Source of the DNA: Rickettsiales bacterium
GTDB taxonomy: Bacteria > Pseudomonadota > Alphaproteobacteria > Rickettsiales > UBA3002
Assembly (NCBI GenBank): GCA_044351685.1
Contig: JBILFK010000002.1
Coordinates: 1-33,040 of the forward strand
DNA: 33,040 nucleotides
Direction of reading: 5' to 3'
Shown piece by piece: positions 26,239-33,040 of this stretch (the stretch's first letter is position 1; each line of letters starts with the position of its first letter). Below the pieces are notes generated by a model. It did not search any database. It had not been told where the DNA came from and saw only the letters and a program-made list of their open reading frames with translations. A program made the position numbers and the translations under genes.

Positions 26239-27141
26239 TTATTTTTTGCCATCACGCATGACCATGCAGCGCACTTCATTGCCGCAACCCAGATAGGTAA
26301 CATCGCTGAATGCCATGGCGCGCGCCGTGGCAATGCCCCGGCCGTTAGGGTCGGTGGCGCGCTCGGGGCTGATTTCCAGATAGTTTTGCCAATCAAAGCC
26401 ATTCCCGCCATCGGTGATATGGACGGTAAAAGCATCGGCACTTGCTGCAAATGCGATGGTAGCGTATTTCCCCTGATATTCTGGCAGGGCAAGGCGTCGC
26501 TCTACTTCGCCATGCCAATCGCCACTGCGCATCAGTGCGGTTTTTTGCTGGTAACTGATGCCTAAATTGCCATGCTCTACGGCATTGATCATGAGTTCGT
26601 GCAGGCCATACACCGTGGTTTCCGGTTCCGGGAAGCAGCTAGCGACGAAGTAGGCCAGATGCTTCGCTTCCTCCAGCGTGCGGAAGCGAAACTTAGCACT
26701 CTCAAGCAGCCCCAGCATGCGCTTTTGGGTGCGCATTTCTTCGCGCATTTCGTGCTTGCTGGCCACGCTCTGCAATGCGGATTTTACGATGCTTCGCAGC
26801 ATCACATCTTCGTAGGGTTTGGTGAGGTAGTAATAGACACCCGCCTGAATCCCTTCGAGCAGTTGGGTATTTGAGGCGGCAGCCGTTTGCATGATCACCG
26901 GAATATCGCGCAAATTCTCATCACGTTTCAGCCGTTCCATGAGCTGCATGCCATCCATGCGCGGCATCATGCGATCGAGAACGATCAGGTCAATTTCCGG
27001 GTGCTGTGCTAGCTTTTCAAGCGCTTCTACGCCATCGCAGGCGCCGATCACGCGGTAGCCATCATCGGTCAGATATTCACTCAGAATATCCAGATTAAAC
27101 CGTTCGTCATCGACAGCAAGAATCGTAGAGGTTCTAGGCAT
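26239..27141 (-). CDS. response regulator with a C-terminal RsbW/SpoIIAB-like GHKL ATPase (Ser/Thr kinase-type) domain
   Basis: REC domain: ILAVDDERFN, phospho-acceptor context DLIVLDRMMPRMDG, and YYLTKP. C-terminal domain: N-box ELMINAVEHGN, G1 DGGNGF, G2 GRGIATAR. There is no H-box. It lies 32 nt downstream of the MHYT kinase. Confidence 0.8.
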   Translation of the reverse strand: MPRTSTILAVDDERFNLDILSEYLTDDGYRVIGACDGVEALEKLAQHPEIDLIVLDRMMPRMDGMQLMERLKRDENLRDIPVIMQTAAASNTQLLEGIQAGVYYYLTKPYEDVMLRSIVKSALQSVASKHEMREEMRTQKRMLGLLESAKFRFRTLEEAKHLAYFVASCFPEPETTVYGLHELMINAVEHGNLGISYQQKTALMRSGDWHGEVERRLALPEYQGKYATIAFAASADAFTVHITDGGNGFDWQNYLEISPERATDPNGRGIATARAMAFSDVTYLGCGNEVRCMVMRDGKK

Positions 27142-27173
27142 AGCACTTCACGTGAATGATTTTGGTTCCTGCA

Positions 27174-30100
27174 TTAAACCGTTGGTGTTGGCAAAACAAC
27201 ATAGAAAATAGCGCCACCCTGCGCAGTGTTATCGGCCCAGATGCGACCGCCATGTAAATCGATGATCTCTTTGGAAATCGAAAGCCCAAGGCCGGTGCCG
27301 CCCGCCCCGGTTTTGGTTTTGCTGCTTTGAATAAACTTATCGAAAATGCTTTCGCGCTCACTTTCAGGGATGCCAGCACCGCTATCGCTGATGCTACAGC
27401 ACAGGGCGTGTTGCGGGCTGCCCGGCAGGGTGGTATCGGCAAGCGTGATGGTAATTTCAGAATGTGCAGGCGAAAATTTAATCGCATTCGATAACAGATT
27501 CACCAGCACCTGAATGATACGTGGCGCATCGCACAGTGCCTGTGTGTTTTTGGTTTGCTCTGCCACTGTTACTGTAATCGATTTTGCACTTAACAGCGCA
27601 CCCATCTCGACCAGACATTGCTGCAGAATATCTCGGAAGTCATGCGCTGCGATGTTCATCTGCATGGTGCCAGATTCGGCTTTGGCCAGATCGAGCAAAT
27701 TATTCAACAGCTCCAGCAAACGGTTACCGGCAGAGAGAATATTGCCCACGTAACCATCTATTTTTTCGTGCTCGCGGCTGGCCAGACGTTTTTGCGCAAG
27801 TGCGGCATAGTTTAAAATCGCATGCATGGGCGTGCGCAATTCGTGCGACATGTTCGAGAGAAATTCCGATTTGGCTTTTGCCACTTTTTCGGCAGCTTCC
27901 TTCGATTCACGCAGCGCTTCGGCTTCTTTGCTTTCGCTGATATCAATATGCGTGCCGTGCATGATGCTTGGCTTGCCGTCATCTGTCCAGGCAGTCACTT
28001 TACCGCGATCATACACCCACACCCAGTGACCATCTTTGTGGCGCATACGAATTTCAACGATGTAATATTCTAGCTCTTTGGCGAAATGTTTTTCAAGCAA
28101 CGCCATCGCGCGTTGCAGATCCTCGGGATGTGTGAGCCGTTGCCAGACTTCGAGGCTTAGCGGGCCTAATTCGGCCAGGCTATAGCCAAGCATCCCTGCC
28201 CAGCGCTCGTTAAAAATCACTTCGCCGGTTTGCACATTCCATTCCCATGTGCCAGCTTCGGTGGCGGCAATGATGTTGTTGAGTCGGCTGCGCTCGTGAT
28301 CGAGTGCGGCTTCAAATGTTGCGCGTTCGGTGATATCGCGTGCTGCAAAATAAATCAGCCCATCGACAGAAGGGTTCGCATTCCACTCGATAATTTTATA
28401 GCGACCATCGGCGCATAAATAGCGGTTGGTAAAGCGTGTGACGGATTGCCCCGAGTTCAGTTCTGCCACTTTTTGCTGCGTGGCGGCATGATCATCGACA
28501 TGCACAAAATTCATGAAAGGCTGGCCCTCTAAATCACTCAGCCGGTAGCCAAGCGTGGATTCCCAGGCGCGGTTAAGCCGCACAAAATTTCCCTCAAGCG
28601 AGGCGATGCCCAGCAGATCAATCGAGATATTGAAAAAACGTTCGAGCAAGGCGTTGGAATCTTGCAATTTTTTCTCGGCGAGCTGTTTTTCCGTTACGTC
28701 CTGGAAGGTACCGACCACAGAAATAATATTCCCAGCGACATCGAGTTCGGGTTCGCCATACGCTTCGACGATACGTTCTTGCCCATCGGCGCGGATAATG
28801 CGCTTCGCTAACCGGAAGGATTGTTTTTTATCGAGCGCGTCTTTCACTACGCGCTGTACTTCGGTTTGGTCTTCGGGGTGATAAAATGTAATGGCATCGA
28901 GCAGGCTGGGTTGTGGCGCTTCCGGCGATAGGCCGTGAATGACAAAGGTTTGATGTGACCATTGCGGTGTTCCCGATTTCAGGTCGATTTTCCAGTGGCC
29001 AAGCCCGGCCATTTCTTCGGCAAGCTCCAACATCCGCTGGCGTTCATACACGGCCAGCTCGGCGTGTTTGCGCGAGGAAATATCCTGAATAAATCCTTCA
29101 ATCTGGTAGATCTCACCTGCAGCATTGGTCATGCTTGCACCTGCTTCGGCCACCCACTTAATTGTGCCATCGGCACAGATAATGCGGTATTCAATTTCAT
29201 ATTTCTGATTGCGCGCGAAGCGCTCCTGAATAATGCGCCGAACCATGCCCGAATCTTCCGGGTGAATGATGCTTTCGAAGCTACGTACGCGATTGCGGAT
29301 GAAATCGCTAGCGGGGTATCCCGTCACATCCACTACCTGCGCGTTGATAAAATTCATGGTCCAGAACGCATCGTTCTGACAATTGAAAAACACCGCTGGC
29401 ATGCCTTCCACCAGCAGGCGGTATTTATTATCCAGTTCAAAGCCACGTTTTTTATTAATCCAGGCGGCAACACCCAGTGCCAGCGAAAGCAAAAACCCAG
29501 CAAAAATGACCTTGTATAGCGTTTCTTTGACGCGCAGCAATTTCTCCTGGTAGGTATCCAGCCGCATATCGGCACCCACAATACCGATGAACTCTTTATT
29601 GCTGGTATATATCGGCACATACGCACTTAAGAACGTGCCCCAGCGATCAGTGTAAGGCTGACTATCGACATGCGCGCGCCGATCTTTGAGCGCGCGTAAC
29701 ATGGTGGGGGTGTAGTCGGTGTATTCTTCCATGACCTTGGCAGTTTCTACCTTTTGGCCAGATTTTGGTGCTTCGGCATCGATGATGAAATGTAAGGTTT
29801 CGCCGCGCAGCACGACCGTATAAATATACGCCAAATCTGGGTTAGCCTGCAGCATCTGCAAATAGGGCTTTTTTACTTTACGGTAGGCAGGGCTATTCTG
29901 GTGCTCGGGTGCGGTAATCGTTTGGTGGGCGTCGCCATTCGTGATTCCGGCAGCCGTTTTTGCGATACCCATTAAATAAATTTGTACATCTTCGATGAGT
30001 GCTTTTTCGGCATTCACATATACATAATAGCCAGCCCCCAGAATGCTGCCAAATAACAGCGTTGCGGCCATAAACGATTGCATGGCCGATTGCCGACTAA

Positions 30101-30887
30101 TTTTGCAAAACGCGCTACTATGCAACATGTGCAACAGCAACGCGAGCGAGATAAACGCCGCGCTGACAACCAGCACCAGCAGCGCAATGCCCATGTTATT
30201 TTGTGTGGCATCGAATCGGCAATCGGCAGAGGGTAAAAATACCGCCGCTTCGATGCCTACATAATGCATGCTACATACGGCAGCGCCAAACATCATGGCG
30301 GTGATAAGAAGCGTACGCGACACGTTTTGGGTGGCTGCCGTACTGTAGCGCAACATGGCGAGTGCCGCGGCAGAAACCAGCACTGCGATTGCAATCGAAA
30401 GCCAAAAAAGGTCAGCGATATAGGCAATGGTACCGTCCATCTGCATGGCTTCCATACCGATATAATGCATACCGGCAATGCCTGCGCCAAGCATCGGCGC
30501 ATTCAGGGCAATGCGCCAGGGCGTGATGCGTGCGCGCGTGACATTGCGAAAGACAACCCACGCACACAGCACCGCCACCGTGATCGATAGTGCCGTCAGC
30601 CCCAGATGGTATGTGTGCGCCATCTCCACGTGCAGGGCAAGCATGCCGGTAAAATGCATCGCCCAGATACCGATGCCAAGCGCCAGCGCCCCCAGCCAGC
30701 AATTTGTGTTACGCGATGCGGATCCCTCGTGGCCCGTGCCGCGTAAAATCAGCAGAGCCACATAGGCAGCGCTCGAAATAATAAAAAACGAAAACGCGAC
30801 AAGTAAGGGATTATGGCTGGCAATGATCGCGGTTGCGGGAACATCCTCGCGGGCGATAAAAAAACTATCGAGTAGGTTGCTGAACAT
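27174..30887 (-). CDS. MHYT-domain / Cache-like / 4xPAS sensor histidine kinase
   Basis: 1237 aa. The N-terminal 6-7 TM region has three MHYT-type motifs (AMHFTGM, GMHYIGM, SMHYVGI). An extracytoplasmic region of about 170 aa and another TM helix follow. Then come four PAS-like repeats, H-box SHELRTPMHAILNYA, N-box LVNLLSNAIKFS, G1 DSGAGI and G2 GTGLGL. Confidence 0.85.
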   Translation of the reverse strand: MFSNLLDSFFIAREDVPATAIIASHNPLLVAFSFFIISSAAYVALLILRGTGHEGSASRNTNCWLGALALGIGIWAMHFTGMLALHVEMAHTYHLGLTALSITVAVLCAWVVFRNVTRARITPWRIALNAPMLGAGIAGMHYIGMEAMQMDGTIAYIADLFWLSIAIAVLVSAAALAMLRYSTAATQNVSRTLLITAMMFGAAVCSMHYVGIEAAVFLPSADCRFDATQNNMGIALLVLVVSAAFISLALLLHMLHSSAFCKISRQSAMQSFMAATLLFGSILGAGYYVYVNAEKALIEDVQIYLMGIAKTAAGITNGDAHQTITAPEHQNSPAYRKVKKPYLQMLQANPDLAYIYTVVLRGETLHFIIDAEAPKSGQKVETAKVMEEYTDYTPTMLRALKDRRAHVDSQPYTDRWGTFLSAYVPIYTSNKEFIGIVGADMRLDTYQEKLLRVKETLYKVIFAGFLLSLALGVAAWINKKRGFELDNKYRLLVEGMPAVFFNCQNDAFWTMNFINAQVVDVTGYPASDFIRNRVRSFESIIHPEDSGMVRRIIQERFARNQKYEIEYRIICADGTIKWVAEAGASMTNAAGEIYQIEGFIQDISSRKHAELAVYERQRMLELAEEMAGLGHWKIDLKSGTPQWSHQTFVIHGLSPEAPQPSLLDAITFYHPEDQTEVQRVVKDALDKKQSFRLAKRIIRADGQERIVEAYGEPELDVAGNIISVVGTFQDVTEKQLAEKKLQDSNALLERFFNISIDLLGIASLEGNFVRLNRAWESTLGYRLSDLEGQPFMNFVHVDDHAATQQKVAELNSGQSVTRFTNRYLCADGRYKIIEWNANPSVDGLIYFAARDITERATFEAALDHERSRLNNIIAATEAGTWEWNVQTGEVIFNERWAGMLGYSLAELGPLSLEVWQRLTHPEDLQRAMALLEKHFAKELEYYIVEIRMRHKDGHWVWVYDRGKVTAWTDDGKPSIMHGTHIDISESKEAEALRESKEAAEKVAKAKSEFLSNMSHELRTPMHAILNYAALAQKRLASREHEKIDGYVGNILSAGNRLLELLNNLLDLAKAESGTMQMNIAAHDFRDILQQCLVEMGALLSAKSITVTVAEQTKNTQALCDAPRIIQVLVNLLSNAIKFSPAHSEITITLADTTLPGSPQHALCCSISDSGAGIPESERESIFDKFIQSSKTKTGAGGTGLGLSISKEIIDLHGGRIWADNTAQGGAIFYVVLPTPTV

Positions 30888-30980
30888 GCGGCCTGCAACG
30901 TTAGGTTGGGCGCGCAGTCTAGGCGTCTACCGCGTACAAGTAAACAATCACTTTAATTGATATTTTACAGCGGCTTAAGC

Positions 30981-31550
30981 CTAAGCGGCAGAAGGTTCCA
31001 CCTTCGGCAGGGTCACGCCGCGCTGCCCCATATACTTCCCTTTACGGTCGGCGTAGCTGGTTTCGCACACCGATTCGCCCTTGAGAAACAGGAACTGGCA
31101 CGCACCTTCGCCCGCGTAAATTTTTGCAGGTAACGGGGTGGTGTTGGAAAACTCGAGGGTGACATGGCCTTCCCATTCGGGCTCGAGCGGTGTCACATTC
31201 ACAATAATGCCGCAGCGCGCATAAGTGCTTTTGCCCAGGCAGATCACCAGCGTATCGCGCGGGATACGAAAATATTCCACCGTGCGCGCCAACACAAATG
31301 AGTTGGGAGGAATAATGCACACATCGGTTTTACGATCCACAAAGCTTTGCGGCGAAAAATTCTTGGGGTCCACCACCGCAGAATCGACATTGGTGAAAAT
31401 TTTGAACTCATCGGCCACGCGGGCATCGTAACCATACGACGATAAGCCATACGAAATCACGCCTTCGCGCTTTAAATTTTCAACAAACGGCTCAATCATG
31501 CCGCCGCTTAAGGCGCGTTCGCGTATCCAATGATCAGGTTGAATGGGCAT
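30981..31550 (-). CDS. dcd: dCTP deaminase
   Basis: 189 aa: [11 protein letters not shown]...[11 protein letters not shown]...[22 protein letters not shown]. Confidence 0.9.
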   Translation of the reverse strand: MPIQPDHWIRERALSGGMIEPFVENLKREGVISYGLSSYGYDARVADEFKIFTNVDSAVVDPKNFSPQSFVDRKTDVCIIPPNSFVLARTVEYFRIPRDTLVICLGKSTYARCGIIVNVTPLEPEWEGHVTLEFSNTTPLPAKIYAGEGACQFLFLKGESVCETSYADRKGKYMGQRGVTLPKVEPSAA

Positions 31551-31584
31551 GCAGCATGCCTAGCGGTTATTTTATAAAACGCAA

Positions 31585-32316
31585 CTACCGATACACGCAC
31601 TGTGTATCGGCACCTTTGGCAAGCCGCGCCATCAGGCTGCCTGCAAGCGCGCTAAGCCCGGGGCCGGGGTTGGCCGGGTTGCGATCATGCGGGTCGGGCA
31701 GGGTGCGCGCCAGCAAGGCCGATTCATACGCGCCAAGGTTCCGCGCAGAGGTTTTAAAATAATGTTGTGCGGCGGCTTCGATGCCGAAAATGCCTTTACC
31801 CCACTCGGCAATATTCAGGTACACTTCCAGCATGCGGCGCTTGCCCCATAGCGTATCGAGCCACCATGCCAGCGGCACCTCTAGCGCTTTGCGCAGCCAA
31901 TAGCGGCCATTGCCCAAAAACACATTGCGCGCTACCTGCATCGAAATGGTGGAGGCGCCGCGCGTGGGTTTGCCGCGCCGTAAGGCCTCCGCCACCGCAT
32001 CTTCGGCCTCATGCCAATCAATGCCATGATGGCCACAAAAACGGCCATCTTCGCTGGCAATCACCGCGCGGATAAGGGCAGGGGAGATATCGGAAAGTGC
32101 CACGCTTTGGCGCTGCATGCCATCGCCGCGCATGCCGCTTGCCAGCATCACCACCGAGATGGGCATGAGCTTAATGTAAAGAACGCTAAGTACAAAAACC
32201 GCAAGCAACACATAGGCCAGCCAGCGCAACAGGCGGCGTGCCCAGCGATACGAGCTTACGATAGGGGCGGGTTCGGGCGCGAAACGCCGATGGTAGCTGC
32301 GCGGAGAAATTTCCAT
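31585..32316 (-). CDS. mtgA: monofunctional biosynthetic peptidoglycan transglycosylase
   Basis: N-terminal TM anchor. GT51 motifs IASEDGRFCGHHGIDW, GASTISMQVARN and RMLEVYLNIAEWG. Confidence 0.85.
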   Translation of the reverse strand: MEISPRSYHRRFAPEPAPIVSSYRWARRLLRWLAYVLLAVFVLSVLYIKLMPISVVMLASGMRGDGMQRQSVALSDISPALIRAVIASEDGRFCGHHGIDWHEAEDAVAEALRRGKPTRGASTISMQVARNVFLGNGRYWLRKALEVPLAWWLDTLWGKRRMLEVYLNIAEWGKGIFGIEAAAQHYFKTSARNLGAYESALLARTLPDPHDRNPANPGPGLSALAGSLMARLAKGADTQCVYR

Positions 32317-32355
32317 GCGCCTTGGCTAAGCGCGAACGATGCAAACTGCAAGCGG

Positions 32356-32670
32356 TTAGCGCCCCATGGCACCGGCGCCATCGGTGCCGGCAAAACGGTT
32401 CCAGCGATCATCGGCCATGCGTTTTTTGCCATCGATTTTACTGCGAATCTCCTGCATGCGCGCGCTCCATACCGGTTCGCCCTTTTTTTCCTCAGCGCCG
32501 CGGCTGCTGGCTTTGCGGGTAAATTCGCGCACTTCTTCTTCGCGCTCGCGGTCAAGGTCGCGCTCGCGGGAATGCTGTTCAGCATGCTGAAAAATAGCCT
32601 GATTATGCCTATTTTTCAGGTTCTGAATCTGCTTCTTGATCTTTTTTATCTGCTTTTCAGCGTCCGACAT
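32356..32670 (-). CDS. highly charged coiled-coil-like small protein (104 aa), family not recognised
   Basis: A GAGAGGG RBS lies 4 nt upstream of the ATG. The composition is Lys/Glu/Arg-rich (MSDAEKQIKKIKKQIQNLKNRHNQ...). Competing plus-strand ORFs look like shadows. Confidence 0.5.
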   Translation of the reverse strand: MSDAEKQIKKIKKQIQNLKNRHNQAIFQHAEQHSRERDLDREREEEVREFTRKASSRGAEEKKGEPVWSARMQEIRSKIDGKKRMADDRWNRFAGTDGAGAMGR

Positions 32671-32937
32671 TAACCCTCTCGCCGTGTGGCAGGTAGTGTG
32701 CTGGCGAGGGTGGAAACAGGCTTTTTTTGTTGCATTGGCGCGGGTTTTTTAACCTTACGCCGCGCGATATTGGCCTTCAAAGCAGCAGAAAGTTTAGGTG
32801 TACGCGGTGTTTTTGGCATAAACCCTTCCCAAATCACGAGCAACCACTATAGCAAAATCGGCGCTTGCACGCAAGCAATGCTTGTGGCATGTGAATGCCG
32901 CCTTGCATACGGGTACCCGCGTGCGGGCAGGCAACGC

Positions 32938-33012
32938 GCTGCTGTAGCTCAGTGGTAGAGCACGTCATTGGTAATGACGGGGTCGGAAGTTCGATTCTTC
33001 TCAGCAGCACCA
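32938..33012 (+). tRNA. tRNA-Thr (anticodon GGU), CCA encoded
   Basis: Manual cloverleaf: acceptor GCTGCTG/CAGCAGC, D arm GCTC-AGTGGTA-GAGC, anticodon arm CGTCA-TTGGTAA-TGACG, T arm GGAAG-TTCGATT-CTTCT, discriminator A, then CCA. Confidence 0.9.
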
Positions 33013-33040
33013 GCCTCTCACTTTTTCACCGGATTGGATG

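Noticed and set aside
30973-30990. A 9-nt match (TAAGCGGCA) to the 3' end of tRNA-Thr(UGU), considered as a possible att-site repeat delimiting an island.
   Set aside because: It is too short to be significant. No integrase or mobility genes lie between the two sites, and the interval is full of core housekeeping genes.
1-33040. Searched by eye for CRISPR arrays, rRNA, tmRNA, SRP RNA or RNase P RNA, prophage or transposase genes, toxin-antitoxin pairs and known defence-system proteins.
   Set aside because: None was found. There are no regularly spaced direct repeats, no recognisable conserved RNA cores, and every large ORF is accounted for by housekeeping or signalling families.

Overview
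This 33,040-bp window looks like a core chromosomal region of an alphaproteobacterium. GC is roughly mid-50s percent, judged by eye and not computed. The taxonomic guess rests on gene order: hisB, a small membrane ORF, then hisH; hisG-hisD-UPF0262-infA-maf; and conserved GANTC sites.

Coding density is high and I call about 35 CDS.
- Histidine biosynthesis, split into three blocks: hisB-hisH-hisA on the minus strand, hisF-hisE on the plus strand, and hisG-hisD on the minus strand.
- Housekeeping genes: mnmC, rsmE, gshA-type glutamate-cysteine ligase, comM/yifB, rfbB, ubiA, maf, infA, murA, dcd and mtgA.
- Two tRNA-Thr genes (UGU and GGU).
- Signalling genes: a Cache-type histidine kinase, a protein with a degenerate GGDEF domain plus an EAL domain, and a 1237-aa MHYT/Cache/4xPAS histidine kinase in an operon with a receiver-plus-RsbW/SpoIIAB-like ATPase protein.

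I see no transposase, integrase, phage, CRISPR, toxin-antitoxin or recognisable defence genes, and no obvious multi-gene novel system.

The signals that ordinary annotation does not explain are:
1. A family of about 80-nt three-hairpin intergenic repeats. There are six copies and the stems covary between copies.
2. A 226-bp MITE-like element with perfect 16-bp terminal inverted repeats. It exactly fills a convergent intergenic gap and carries one of those repeats.
3. The MHYT kinase / REC-GHKL pair, which has no visible partner-switching targets.
4. Two NrdR-box-like palindromes and a long-range stem in the AT-rich left edge.
5. Two leaders whose Shine-Dalgarno sequences are sequestered in hairpins.
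6. CTGAAAC-type heptad tracts that replace a Shine-Dalgarno sequence directly upstream of three start codons.

All family assignments come from motif recognition by eye. No searches were run.
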